DNA from: Microcoleus sp. | Lineage (GTDB): Bacteria > Cyanobacteriota > Cyanobacteriia > Cyanobacteriales > Microcoleaceae | Direction: 5' to 3' | Length of the DNA: 64,000 nucleotides | Assembly: GCA_042408215.1 (NCBI GenBank) | Contig: JAYFMW010000005.1 | Span: forward strand, 1-64,000 | Shown here: piece by piece, positions 1 through 10,046 of the stretch | How positions within the stretch are numbered: the stretch's first letter is position 1 | Layout: the number at the start of each line of letters is the position of its first letter | Made by a program: the position numbers and the translations under genes | Notes under the pieces: model-generated | The model's database searches: none | What the model was told of the DNA's origin: nothing | What the model saw: only the letters and a program-made list of their open reading frames with translations

Positions 1-1
1 T

Positions 2-1372
2 TTGGGCGATGTCGTGTTGCCAAATCGACCGCTTCCAGAAGCAGTCGCCATTATATACATACAGCAGATTGGCGCGGCTTTGAAGGCAGTTCATCAAAAG
101 GGTTTGCTGCACCGAGATATCAAACCACAAAACATTATTCTGCGCCAAAATACCCAGGAAGTTGTGTTAATTGATTTTGGCATAGCCCGCGAGTTTACTC
201 CGGGTATCACCCAAAGTCATACTAATATGGTGTCCGACGGTTATGCGCCGCCAGAACAGTATTTCGCCCAAGGAAAATACACCCCCGCAACAGATGTTTA
301 CGCTCTAGCCGCGACGCTTTATACTTTGCTGACAGCACAGGTGCCGATGCCGGCAGTTTTTCGCCCCAGTCAGCCGATGGCTACACCCCGCGATTTACAG
401 CCTCAGCTAAGTGCGGCCATCAGTCAAGCGGTGATGCGAGGGATGACTTTAGAGGCTGAAAATCGCCCGGCTACTGTGGATGAATGGCTGTCGCTGCTGT
501 CCAACTCGCCAGCATCGATGACTGGACCGACGCTGGCAGTGATGCCGGGACACGGGCCTATGATGCCTGCGGAATCGAGAACAACGCCTGCTGTCGTGCC
601 TTCTGGGGCTGGGGAAAGCAAAATTTGGTGGATTTTGGGGTTGGTGGCGATCGCCCTTATTTTCGCAGGATTTGTGGGCATAGCGAGGATTTTGCTCGAT
701 CGCCAGTCCGATCGACCCGCACCCATAGCCCAGGAAAATCGGACTTCTCCCCCCGCAGCCACAAGTACGCCCGATCGCCCTGCGGCAATTCCCACACCCG
801 AAGCAACTCCTACACCTCGGCGAAAAACTCCAACTCCCCAACCAGAGGCAATTCCCACACCCAAAGAAACTCCAGCGCCAGCGATAGAAACTCCAGCGCC
901 AGCGATAGAAACTCCAGCGCCAAAACCTTCTCCTGTGGCGGAGTCACCCAAACCAACGGAAAAACCTGTTGAAAACCAAGAGAGCGATCGCGCGATCGCC
1001 ACACCAACACCCGCCCAAGAACAACCAGCAACCAGTTATCAAAAAATCCCCAGAGTGCCGGGGTTTCCGGTGGGCACGCCGGAAAGTCAGATTTTAGAGC
1101 AACTGGGAAAACCAACAGACACTCAACGTAAAGGCTATTGGCCCAATACTCGTACAGCACTTTACGATTTGGTCCCCAATCGGATTACTCTCGGCTACAT
1201 TTACGATCGCGATTCGGGCCTGCTAGTCCAAACAGAGGGTTCTTTTGCTCAATCTGTGGACGATTTGGTAGTGAAAACCGCGTTAAATGGGATGTTGGGG
1301 GGGGCCGATGAGAAAGTCATGGAAGGCTTCCGAGACGTGCATCAGCGCCGGAAAGAGTCGGTTTACTTTTAG
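2..1372 (+). CDS. Ser/Thr protein kinase (5' end outside window); membrane-anchored, Pro/Thr-rich linker; C-terminal tail apparently frameshifted (continues to 1454)
   Basis: [11 protein letters not shown] and GYAPPEQY kinase motifs; TM segment [21 protein letters not shown]; 21-bp tandem duplication at about 866-921. Confidence 0.9.
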   Translation: MGDVVLPNRPLPEAVAIIYIQQIGAALKAVHQKGLLHRDIKPQNIILRQNTQEVVLIDFGIAREFTPGITQSHTNMVSDGYAPPEQYFAQGKYTPATDVYALAATLYTLLTAQVPMPAVFRPSQPMATPRDLQPQLSAAISQAVMRGMTLEAENRPATVDEWLSLLSNSPASMTGPTLAVMPGHGPMMPAESRTTPAVVPSGAGESKIWWILGLVAIALIFAGFVGIARILLDRQSDRPAPIAQENRTSPPAATSTPDRPAAIPTPEATPTPRRKTPTPQPEAIPTPKETPAPAIETPAPAIETPAPKPSPVAESPKPTEKPVENQESDRAIATPTPAQEQPATSYQKIPRVPGFPVGTPESQILEQLGKPTDTQRKGYWPNTRTALYDLVPNRITLGYIYDRDSGLLVQTEGSFAQSVDDLVVKTALNGMLGGADEKVMEGFRDVHQRRKESVYF

Positions 1373-1469
1373 GAAGGGTGCGCTTAAAGGTGCGATCGAA
1401 CGTAATGAGCGCGATCGAATTTACATCGGCATCTGGGACGACAAATTGCATTAATTAGGACGGGTGGTC

Positions 1470-1633
1470 AGAAACCGGGTTTTTGCCAGAATATGCGCCA
1501 CAACTCCCAGAAACCCATAAAAACCCGGTTTCTTAGGTTTTATGCGATCGGACTGACGCACTGACAATCAGAAACCGGGTTTTTGCCAGAATATGCGTCA
1601 CAACTCCCAGAAACCCCAAAAAACCCGGTTTCT
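1470..1633. repeat. Two hairpin repeat units (AGAAACCGGGTTT...AAACCCGGTTTCT family)
   Basis: Inverted arms at 1470-1533 and 1570-1633 with near-identical loops; the family recurs across the window. Confidence 0.85.
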
Positions 1634-1676
1634 AAAATCCCCAATCGAAAATCCCAAATCCCAAATCCAAAATCCC

Positions 1677-1705
1677 TTGACTTGACACAAAATCTTGTCT
1701 ATAAT
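1677..1705 (+). promoter_or_regulatory. Sigma70-type promoter of ssrA
   Basis: TTGACT (1677-1682), 17-bp spacer, TATAAT (1700-1705), just upstream of the tmRNA 5' end. Confidence 0.75.
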
Positions 1706-1721
1706 ATAAGAAATCACACAA

Positions 1722-2109
1722 GGGGCTGTAATGGTTTCGACAGGGTGGCGAAAGCTGCTCCGTGATGCAGGTCGAGAGTGAGTCTCCTCTCGTAAATATC
1801 GGCTCAAACAAAATAGTAAATGCGAACAACATCGTTCCTTTCGCTCGCAAAGCCGTCGCTGTAGCCTAAAAACTTCTCAAGCGTGGTTTAGAGTGTCTGC
1901 AACCTAACTCCGTTAACGGTAGCAGAACAACCCCCAACGGATGCCCTAGTTAGACGCATCTAGTCGGTTAACTGGGAAAGCAATCACTAGATAATCCCCC
2001 CATTTGGGATAAAGATGGTTCCCGCCCCGAGGATAAGAGGGGATAAACCTGTGAACGATCGGAAGGTAAATACCCGCTTTGGACGGCAGTTCGATTCTGC
2101 CCAGTTCCA
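1722..2109 (+). ncRNA. ssrA: tmRNA, tag peptide ANNIVPFARKAVAVA
   Basis: 5' GGGGCTGTAATGGTTTCGAC; tag ORF 1822-1869; T-arm GGCAG-TTCGATT-CTGCC; acceptor 3' strand CAGTTCCA. Confidence 0.97.
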
Positions 2110-2167
2110 TAAAAAAGGTAGCGTAAAATCAATGGTTTAAACCATTTGAAAGCCACTTTAAAGCGTT

Positions 2168-2199
2168 AAAAGGGCAGAGAATTAATTCTCTGCCCTTTT
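2168..2199 (+). terminator. Intrinsic terminator after ssrA
   Basis: Perfect palindrome AAAAGGGCAGAGAATTAATTCTCTGCCCTTTT followed by further T-rich sequence. Confidence 0.8.
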
Positions 2200-2232
2200 G
2201 TTTGGGCTATATGTCGCTTATAGCTGAGTCTA

Positions 2233-2335
2233 TATCCCCCTAAATCCCCCTTAAAAAGGGGAGTAGGGGGTGACTTTCAGCGATCTTGTCCCACCCCCTA
2301 CTCCCCTGATTAAGGGGGGCTAGGGGGGATCGAGG
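2233..2335. repeat. CCCCCTT..AAGGGGG / GGGAGTAGGGG dispersed repeat family
   Basis: Same motifs recur near 29235-29345, 33958-34065, 42484-42720, 49155-49305 and 53655-53895. Confidence 0.8.
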
Positions 2336-2392
2336 TTTGAGACACGAGAGTAGGTAAATCCTGATTGATTGCTTACTCAAAATCGATCGAGC

Positions 2393-2462
2393 AGTCAACA
2401 GCCAACAGTCAACAGTCAACATTCAACAGTCAACAGTCAACAGTCAACAGTCAACAGTCAAC
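2393..2462. repeat. Heptamer tandem repeat (CAGTCAA)n, STRR-like
   Basis: About 10 direct copies of AACAGTC; same unit near 7107-7140. Confidence 0.9.
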
Positions 2463-2600
2463 CATAAAATTTACCTATTGTGATAATTATTTAAGCTCTC
2501 CTCTACAGATGTGGAAAACCCGCTTTTTATAGGGCTGAAAAAATTATCAGAAATTTTTCCGGATCAAAGTTATTGATGATGAAAGTTAAGTATCTCTATT

Positions 2601-2718
2601 AAGTAGGTGCAAGTAATTACACTCAACATTTAATCAGGGGCAATAAAGCCTTCAGATGCTTATTGGGCAAGCATTTTGGCAGCATAAGCATTTTTACTTG
2701 ATTTACCTGCACGTACTT
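2601..2718. mobile_element. Putative MITE upstream of the Calx-beta gene
   Basis: Imperfect terminal inverted repeats AAGTAGGTGCAAGTAA / TTACCTGCACGTACTT (14 of 16 match); no ORF. Confidence 0.5.
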
Positions 2719-2817
2719 ATGACGAAATTTTTATGGCAGTGACCGATAACTATAAAGAAAGCCCAACCTCTGGTTTTCAGTCACTTCTAATCCTTCATTA
2801 CTATCAAAAGAGAAGCT

Positions 2818-5800
2818 ATGGCTACTTCCTTCACTGGTTCTTTCGGTCAACCCAATAATTACAGCAGCATCAATGACCTAATCACAAAATGGCCTACTGC
2901 TGCCCAGAATCAAGGCATCAAACTGTTTGGGGTAGCTTTTGATGGCGTGGAAACTGACTACCTTAACCCTACTGTCATCAGCAACCTCACCTTCGCAACG
3001 AACGAAAACCCTAAAAGCTGGTTGAGCTATGGCAGTAGCGCTGGTATTGGTGTCCCATCCTCTTATGATGGTTGGTTCACGGACCCCAATAAAATTCGGG
3101 CGGAAATCAACCATAACCCCAACACCAATCAATCTCAGGCGCTGAAGCTGAAATGGGCAGATAACCAAAACATCACTAGGACAACGATCGATCTAAGTGC
3201 ATTGAGTCCCAAAACAAGTCCAGGATTGGGCGATCAAGGTAATGAAGTTGGTTTCCTACAAATCTTCAATAATGGGGTTTTGGTACCGACTAGCAATTTT
3301 ACGATCGCTCGCCTCAACGCTCCGATCGCTCCAAAACCTATTACCTTGTCTTCAGATGGAGTGACTTTCATTGGCGATCGCACCGATGGCAGTTTCAAAT
3401 TCAAGATAGAAGCAAACCCTCTGGGCGGCACTACTTTTGACGAACTGCGGTTCTCCACCAAACCCTACGATAGCCCCACGGCTGCCTACCTCGCCGCCCC
3501 CTTCAAAGACGATGGTTCCGACTACCTAGTGCGGAACATTGAATATCAAGGGACTGAAGATCCGATTAGCCTTCAGTTTAGTGCCCCAACCTTCAGCGTC
3601 AACGAAGATGGAACGCCGGTTGCAGCCGTGACAGTCACTCGCACTGGCAGCAGCGTCGGTACCGCCTCAGCTACCGTGAACCTCACTAATGGAACTGCTA
3701 CAGCCCCTGGTGACTACAACAATGCTCCCATCAGCGTCAATTTTGCCAATGGGGACACCGCAGCCAAGACTATCACCATTCCCATTGTCGATGACACTAC
3801 GGTCGAGGGTAACGAAACCGTTAACTTAAGCTTGACCAACCCCACCGGCACCAGCCGTGTCACCTTGGGAACGCAAAGTACCGCCACTTTGAACATCGCG
3901 GACAATGACAGCACCCTGCAATTTAGTGCTCCCACCTTTAACGTCAACGAAGATGGAACGACGAGCGCAGCAGTAACAGTTACACGCACTGGCAGTACGA
4001 CTGGTGCAGCCTCAGCCACGGTTAACTTGACCAATGGTACTGCTACAGCCCCTGGTGATTACACCAATACTGCCATCCCTGTGAATTTTGCCATTGGGGA
4101 TTCGACAAAGACGGTCACTATTCCGATCGTCAACGACACTTTGGTAGAGGGTACCGAAACTGTCAACTTAACTTTGGGTAGCCCTACAGGCGCCACGATT
4201 GGAACGCAAAGTACCGCCACTTTGAACATCGCGGACAATGACAGCACCCTGCAATTTAGTGCTCCCACCTTTAACGTCAACGAAGATGGAACGACGAGCG
4301 CAGCAGTAACAGTTACACGCACTGGCAGTACGACTGGTGCAGCCTCAGCCACGGTTAACTTGACCAATGGTACTGCTACAGCCCCTGGTGATTACACCAA
4401 TACTGCCATCCCTGTGAATTTTGCCATTGGGGATTCGACAAAGACGGTCACTATTCCGATCGTCAACGACACTTTGGTAGAGGGTACCGAAACTGTCAAC
4501 TTAACTTTGGGTAGCCCTACAGGCGCCACGATTGGAACGCAGAATACTGCCACTTTGAACATCGTGGACAATGACACTCTCCCTCCCAGCGCCCTGCAAT
4601 TTAGTGCCCCCACCTTTAGCGTCAACGAAGATGGAACGCCGATTGCAGCCGTAAGGGTGACGCGCACGGGTAGCAGCGCTGGTGCTGTCTCCGCCACCGT
4701 GAACTTGACTGATGGTACTGCTACAGCCCCTGGTGATTACACCAATAGTCCGATTACTGTCAATTTTGGCTCTGGGGACACCACACCCAAAACCGTCACC
4801 ATTCCGATCGTCAACGACACTGTAGTAGAGGGTAACGAAACTGTCAACTTAAGTTTGACTAGCCCTACAGGCGCGACGATTGGAACGCAAAGCACCGCCA
4901 CTTTGAACATCGTAGACAATGACAGCGCCCTGCAATTTAGTGCCCCCACCTTTAGCGTCAACGAAGATGGAACGCCGATTGCAGCCGTAAGGGTGACGCG
5001 CACGGGCAGCAGCGCTGGTGCTGTGTCAGCCACCGTGAACTTGACTGATGGTACTGCTACAGCCCCTGGTGATTACACCAATAGTCCGATTACTGTCAAT
5101 TTTGGCTCTGGGGACACCACACCCAAAACCGTCACCATTCCGATCGTCAACGATATCTTGCTAGAGGGTAACGAAACTGTCAACTTAAGTTTGGGTAGCC
5201 CTACAGGCGCCACGATTGGAACGCAGAATACTGCCAGTTTGAACATCGTAGACAATGACAGCATCCTGCAATTTAGTTCCCCCACCTTTAGCGTCAACGA
5301 AGATGGAACGCCGATTGCAGCCGTAAGGGTGACGCGCACGGGTAGCAGCGCTGGTGCTGTGTCAGCCACCGTGAACTTGACTGATGGTACTGCTACAGCC
5401 CCTGGTGATTACACCAATACTGCCATCCCTGTGAATTTTGGCTCTGGGGACACCACACCCAAAACCGTCACCATTCCGATCGTCAACGATATCTTGCTAG
5501 AGGGTAACGAAACTGTCAACTTAAGTTTGGGTAGCCCTACAGGCGCCACGATTGGAACGCAGAATACTGCCAGTTTGAACATCGTAGACAATGACAGCAT
5601 CCTGCAATTTAGTTCCCCCACCTTTAGCGTCAACGAAGATGGAACGCCGATTGCAGCCGTAAGGGTGACGCGCACGGGTAGCAGCGCTGGTGCTGTGTCA
5701 GCCACCGTGAACTTGACTGATGGTACTGCTACAGCCCCTGGTGATTACACCAATACTGCCATCCCTGTGAATTTTGGCTCTGGGGACACCACACCCAAAA

Positions 5801-6558
5801 CCGTCACCATTCCGATCGTCAACGATATCTTGCTAGAGGGTAACGAAACTGTCAACTTAAGTTTGGGTAGCCCTACAGGCGCCACGATTGGAACGCAGAA
5901 TACTGCCAGTTTGAACATCGTAGACAATGACAGCATCCTGCAATTTAGTTCCCCCACCTTTAGCGTCAACGAAGATGGAACGCCGGTTGCAGCCGTAAGG
6001 GTGACGCGCACGGGTAGCAGCGCTGGTGCTGTCTCAGCCACCGTGAACTTGACTGATGGTACTGCTACAGCCCCTGGTGATTACACCAATACTCTCATTA
6101 CTGTCAATTTTGCCAATGGGGACACCACACCCAAAACCGTCACCATTCCGATCGTCAACGACACTTTGGTGGAGGGTAACGAAACTGTCAACTTAAGTTT
6201 GGGTAGCCCTACAGGCGCCACGATTGGAACGCAGAATACTGCCAGTTTGAACATCGTGGACGATGATGTTGCACTTGCTCAGATCCTTAACTTAACTGGA
6301 TCGGGCATTGTCGCTGATTCAATTACTGACTTTCGTTCGGCTAGTGCGATCGACAGCAACGTTGATATCCTGAGCAATTTCATCACCAACTCTTTCAATG
6401 GGGTGGCGATCGCTAATCGTAGTGTGACAGTCGATGCCACCGAGAACTGGTGGGATTCACCCACAGGACTGATTGTGGGCGGCACCGACCCGAATCGTAT
6501 TGCTGGGGTAGGTGCTAGTTTGATCGCCTTCAACCCATTTGCTACTTCGGTCTTATAG
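2818..6558 (+). CDS. Large Calx-beta repeat protein (8 domains), probable secreted adhesin or Ca-binding surface protein
   Basis: Eight ~111-aa repeats LQFSAPTFSVNEDGT...TATAPGDY...EGNETVNLSL...LNIVDND; unique N-terminal ~250 aa. Confidence 0.9.
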   Translation: MATSFTGSFGQPNNYSSINDLITKWPTAAQNQGIKLFGVAFDGVETDYLNPTVISNLTFATNENPKSWLSYGSSAGIGVPSSYDGWFTDPNKIRAEINHNPNTNQSQALKLKWADNQNITRTTIDLSALSPKTSPGLGDQGNEVGFLQIFNNGVLVPTSNFTIARLNAPIAPKPITLSSDGVTFIGDRTDGSFKFKIEANPLGGTTFDELRFSTKPYDSPTAAYLAAPFKDDGSDYLVRNIEYQGTEDPISLQFSAPTFSVNEDGTPVAAVTVTRTGSSVGTASATVNLTNGTATAPGDYNNAPISVNFANGDTAAKTITIPIVDDTTVEGNETVNLSLTNPTGTSRVTLGTQSTATLNIADNDSTLQFSAPTFNVNEDGTTSAAVTVTRTGSTTGAASATVNLTNGTATAPGDYTNTAIPVNFAIGDSTKTVTIPIVNDTLVEGTETVNLTLGSPTGATIGTQSTATLNIADNDSTLQFSAPTFNVNEDGTTSAAVTVTRTGSTTGAASATVNLTNGTATAPGDYTNTAIPVNFAIGDSTKTVTIPIVNDTLVEGTETVNLTLGSPTGATIGTQNTATLNIVDNDTLPPSALQFSAPTFSVNEDGTPIAAVRVTRTGSSAGAVSATVNLTDGTATAPGDYTNSPITVNFGSGDTTPKTVTIPIVNDTVVEGNETVNLSLTSPTGATIGTQSTATLNIVDNDSALQFSAPTFSVNEDGTPIAAVRVTRTGSSAGAVSATVNLTDGTATAPGDYTNSPITVNFGSGDTTPKTVTIPIVNDILLEGNETVNLSLGSPTGATIGTQNTASLNIVDNDSILQFSSPTFSVNEDGTPIAAVRVTRTGSSAGAVSATVNLTDGTATAPGDYTNTAIPVNFGSGDTTPKTVTIPIVNDILLEGNETVNLSLGSPTGATIGTQNTASLNIVDNDSILQFSSPTFSVNEDGTPIAAVRVTRTGSSAGAVSATVNLTDGTATAPGDYTNTAIPVNFGSGDTTPKTVTIPIVNDILLEGNETVNLSLGSPTGATIGTQNTASLNIVDNDSILQFSSPTFSVNEDGTPVAAVRVTRTGSSAGAVSATVNLTDGTATAPGDYTNTLITVNFANGDTTPKTVTIPIVNDTLVEGNETVNLSLGSPTGATIGTQNTASLNIVDDDVALAQILNLTGSGIVADSITDFRSASAIDSNVDILSNFITNSFNGVAIANRSVTVDATENWWDSPTGLIVGGTDPNRIAGVGASLIAFNPFATSVL

Positions 6559-6612
6559 AACCCATTTGAGATCTTTTCTGAAAAAATCAGGCGGACAAAC
6601 CAGCCGTCTGAC

Positions 6613-6821
6613 CCCAAAATTGGGATACAAGCCCCGTCCTTTGAGGACGGCTTTTTGCTAGAATAAATTAAGTCAACGCTTCTCCTTTCGCGAGCGCGCA
6701 CCGCCTAGGGCATTGGGAGACTCGCAGAGACAGACGCAGAGACAGAGTAAGACTACTACGCTCGCATCAGTCGATGAAGCGTCAAGAATCACCGCTGCTC
6801 CATTCACGGTGAGTATGTCAA
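6613..6821 (+). mobile_element. Non-autonomous IS200/IS605 derivative (PATE-like) with omega-RNA-like right end
   Basis: Target TGAC at 6609-6612; CAAG at +16..+19; LE hairpin CCGTCC-TTTGA-GGACGG; RE GAAT-CACCG...CGGTG-AGTATG-TCAA; no tnpA or tnpB. Confidence 0.75.
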
Positions 6822-6925
6822 ATAACTCAATAGCCACAAAACGAGAAATCATGGAGTTCTGGTGGCAAAAGATCTGAAATCCATATGGCACTAAGCTTAC
6901 GGTAACAGCAATAGATCTCAAATTG

Positions 6926-7060
6926 GTTCTATAGGACTTACGCACTGGGGTCAGAAACCGGGTTTCTTCGTAGATCTCTCGTTGAGAATCTTCGATTTTT
7001 CAGAGAAACCCGGTTTCTGAGCGTAAGTCCTATACCTTTTCCCCGCAAGGGGACTGAAAC
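6926..7060 (+). CRISPR. Orphan single CRISPR-like direct repeat interrupted by the MITE; no array and no cas genes
   Basis: CCTTTTCCCCGCAAGGGGACTGAAAC (7035-7060) resembles cyanobacterial TCCCCGCAAGGGGA..GAAAC repeats; GTTC lies on the other side of the MITE. Confidence 0.4.
6932..7032. mobile_element. MITE with TAGGACTTACGC terminal inverted repeats, TA-flanked, carrying one AGAAACCGGG hairpin unit
   Basis: TA-TAGGACTTACGC (6932-6943) ... GCGTAAGTCCTA-TA (7021-7032). Confidence 0.7.
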
Positions 7061-7339
7061 ATTTGCAGGTCGTTTTTTAATTTGTGTCCTAACCGCCTTG
7101 CAACAAGTCAACAGTCAACAGTCAACCGTCAACAGTCAACCATAAGTTACGAACCCATTAGCTAAGCTGGCGGCTCAGATAACTATAATTTCACCCTCTC
7201 CGTGCGTTCTTGGGGCCTGTCCGGCGATATACTGATATGCGGTAAAGCACTAAAAATCTTTACAATACCCCGCTCTCCAAGCCTACTCCTACTCAGGATG
7301 GGTGAAAAAATATATGCGATCGCTCATTCATCTGGAAAA

Positions 7340-8458
7340 ATGAACCCAGGAATTGACTTACAAGGAAGTTTTGTAGAAGCCCTGATGAATTTGGGCTTAC
7401 CGGCGGACATAGCCCATGTGCTTTGGCTACCACTGCCAATGGTACTGATGGTTGTCGGTGCCGTATTCGGCGTACTCACTAGCGTCTGGCTAGAGCGGAA
7501 AATCTCCGCCGCCGCTCAACAGCGGATTGGCCCGGAATTCCTCGGCCCTCTGGGAGTGCTAGCACCCGTTGCTGACGGTATGAAGTTGGTATTCAAAGAA
7601 GACATCGTACCCGCAAAAGCTGACCCGCTGCTATTCACCCTGGGCCCAGTAATTGTGGTAATCCCAGTTTTTCTGTCCTACTTAATCGTGCCCTTCGGAG
7701 AACATATGCTGATCGCCGATATGGGGACAGCAATATTTCTGTGGATTGCCCTATCTAGCATTCAGCCGATCGGCTTGCTGATGTCCGGCTATGCTTCTAA
7801 CAACAAATACGCCCTCCTCGGAGGACTCAGAGCCGCCGCTCAATCCCTCAGCTACGAAATACCCCTAGCTTTGGCAGTATTGGCAGTCGTGATGATGTCC
7901 AATAGCCTTAGTACGATCGACATCGTACATCAACAAGCAGGCTACGGCATCGTCGGCTGGAATGTTTGGCGGCAACCTGCGGGTTTCCTGATTTTCTGGA
8001 TCGCAGCACTAGCAGAATGCGAACGTTTACCCTTTGACCTTCCAGAAGCAGAAGAAGAATTGGTAGCAGGATATCAGACTGAGTACACAGGCATGAAATT
8101 TGCCTTGTACTACATCGCTTCCTACGTTAACCTCGTCCTTTCTTGCCTGCTAGTAGCCGTTTTGTACCTCGGTGGCTGGGAGTGCCCGATTCCTGTCGGA
8201 GTGCTGACAAATGCCCTAGGATTGAGCGAGACGACTCCTTGGTTGCAGGTAATTACGGGCACGCTGGGCATTACAATGACCTTGCTGAAAGCCTACTTTT
8301 TCCTGTTTTTGGCAGTTCTGCTCCGCTGGACTCTGCCGCGAGTTCGGATCGACCAATTGCTAGATTTGGGATGGAAGTTTTTGCTTCCCGTTGCTCTAGC
8401 TAATTTGCTATTGACAGCAGCTTTGAAGCTTGCCTTTCCCTTTGCTTTTGGCGGTTAA
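7340..8458 (+). CDS. ndhA: NAD(P)H-quinone oxidoreductase subunit 1
   Basis: [11 protein letters not shown] start; [15 protein letters not shown] and [19 protein letters not shown] motifs; 372 aa. Confidence 0.97.
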   Translation: MNPGIDLQGSFVEALMNLGLPADIAHVLWLPLPMVLMVVGAVFGVLTSVWLERKISAAAQQRIGPEFLGPLGVLAPVADGMKLVFKEDIVPAKADPLLFTLGPVIVVIPVFLSYLIVPFGEHMLIADMGTAIFLWIALSSIQPIGLLMSGYASNNKYALLGGLRAAAQSLSYEIPLALAVLAVVMMSNSLSTIDIVHQQAGYGIVGWNVWRQPAGFLIFWIAALAECERLPFDLPEAEEELVAGYQTEYTGMKFALYYIASYVNLVLSCLLVAVLYLGGWECPIPVGVLTNALGLSETTPWLQVITGTLGITMTLLKAYFFLFLAVLLRWTLPRVRIDQLLDLGWKFLLPVALANLLLTAALKLAFPFAFGG

Positions 8459-8564
8459 TTCCTAATAGGTAAAGGGGAAATAGCTCAGGTAAATTAGCTA
8501 TTAACTATCATTACCTATTATCAATTAGCAATTCCCAAAAACTCAAGTACAGAGAGAGAACACG

Positions 8565-9140
8565 ATGCTAAAATTCCTCAATCAAGTAGGCGCCTACGCC
8601 AAAGAGACTGTTCAAGCTGCTAAGTATATCGGTCAAGGGCTAGCTGTGACCTTCGATCACATGAGACGCCGGCCAGTTACGGTGCAGTATCCTTACGAAA
8701 AACTAATTCCTTCCGAACGTTTTCGGGGCAGAATCCACTTTGAATTTGACAAGTGCATTTCCTGCGAAGTCTGCGTTCGGGTATGTCCGATCAACTTACC
8801 TGTAGTGGATTGGGAATTTAACAAAGAAACTAAGAAGAAACAACTCAAGCACTACAGTATCGATTTCGGAGTGTGTATCTTCTGCGGTAACTGCGTAGAA
8901 TATTGTCCGACTAATTGTTTGTCAATGACAGAAGAGTACGAGTTAGCCGCCTACGAACGTCATGAATTGAATTATGACAACGTGGCCCTCGGACGTCTAC
9001 CCTACAAGGTTACAGATGACCCGATGGTGACACCGTTGCGCGAATTCGCTTATTTGCCGAAAGGTGCGATGGATCCCCATCAAGTTTCCAGTAGCGATCG
9101 GCGTGCAGGTCTTCGCCCAGAGGAAATTATCGAAAAATAG
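8565..9140 (+). CDS. ndhI: NAD(P)H-quinone oxidoreductase subunit I
   Basis: Two CxxCxxCxxxCP 4Fe-4S motifs; position in operon. Confidence 0.97.
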   Translation: MLKFLNQVGAYAKETVQAAKYIGQGLAVTFDHMRRRPVTVQYPYEKLIPSERFRGRIHFEFDKCISCEVCVRVCPINLPVVDWEFNKETKKKQLKHYSIDFGVCIFCGNCVEYCPTNCLSMTEEYELAAYERHELNYDNVALGRLPYKVTDDPMVTPLREFAYLPKGAMDPHQVSSSDRRAGLRPEEIIEK

Positions 9141-9178
9141 GTAATTAGTCATTAGTCAGCAGTCATCAGTCATTAGTA

Positions 9179-9242
9179 GTAAGGTGCGTCAGATCCCGAA
9201 ATTCTCGATAATCGTTATAGAACTTCGTCTGACGCACCCTAC
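9179..9242. repeat. GTAG-type REP doublet (GGTGCGTCAGA...TCTGACGCACCCTAC)
   Basis: Inverted arms with variable loop; also at 31416-31477 and 40693-40756. Confidence 0.75.
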
Positions 9243-9349
9243 AAGTCGATGGTCGTGTGACAGTTGTGTCCAGGACTATAATTATTAATGACTGCTAACT
9301 AATGAATAAAAACGAACGATCGAAAACTAATGATTGAGGATTAAAGATT

Positions 9350-9973
9350 GTGAATTTAGCCGAAGGGGTTCAAATTGTTTCATTTGGCATACTGTCCGTA
9401 ATGATGATTGGAGGAGCATTAGGAGTAGTGCTGTTCTCAAACATCGTTTACTCAGCTTTTTTGCTGTGCGGCGTATTTACCAGTATTGCTGGTTTGTACC
9501 TGTTGTTGAATGCCGACTTTGTAGCAGCAGCGCAAGTGTTGATTTATGTTGGTGCTGTTAACGTCTTGATTTTGTTTGCGATTATGTTGGTGAACAAGCG
9601 AGAAGAGTTCCGCACTATTCCGAATGCTTGGGTGCGTCAAGTAGCAACAGCAGTAGTTTGTGTAGGTTTGTTTGCCCTGTTGAGTACAATGGTAATGTCT
9701 ACTCCTTGGGCGATTGTCGCCACGACGGGAGCAGCAGCCGAAAGTTCTATTGTGACGATCGCCAAACACTTCTTTACAGACTTTTTGCTACCGTTCGAGT
9801 TAGCATCAGTGTTTTTGTTAATGGCAATGGTAGGAGCAATTGTCTTAGCACGCCGCGATTTCTTCCCAGATGAAGTATCCAAAAAAATATCTGAAACACC
9901 TGCTTTTAGTTTACCAGAAAGACCACGCGAATTAGTTTCTGCCGGAGATGTTGCTTCGCCAGAAACTAAGTAA
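9350..9973 (+). CDS. ndhG: NAD(P)H-quinone oxidoreductase subunit 6
   Basis: GTG start; QVLIYVGAVNVLILFAIML and LLPFELAS motifs. Confidence 0.96.
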   Translation: MNLAEGVQIVSFGILSVMMIGGALGVVLFSNIVYSAFLLCGVFTSIAGLYLLLNADFVAAAQVLIYVGAVNVLILFAIMLVNKREEFRTIPNAWVRQVATAVVCVGLFALLSTMVMSTPWAIVATTGAAAESSIVTIAKHFFTDFLLPFELASVFLLMAMVGAIVLARRDFFPDEVSKKISETPAFSLPERPRELVSAGDVASPETK

Positions 9974-10046
9974 TAGTAGGGTGCGCCCAGCGCACCTATC
10001 TGTTTGTTTTGTAGTAACTTTAGATTGAGACAAAATCGCAAAATTT

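Noticed and set aside
2110..2800. Integrative element at the ssrA 3' end
   Set aside because: No integrase and no duplicated ssrA 3' end seen; a normal terminator follows.
3714..6041. Series of ~100-aa minus-strand ORFs
   Set aside because: Antisense shadows of the Calx-beta repeats.
7202..7339. N-terminal extension of ndhA (likewise iscA 48987-49223, the TPR gene 48548-48703 and 32767-32913)
   Set aside because: Conserved or RBS-supported starts lie downstream, and some extensions run through repeats.
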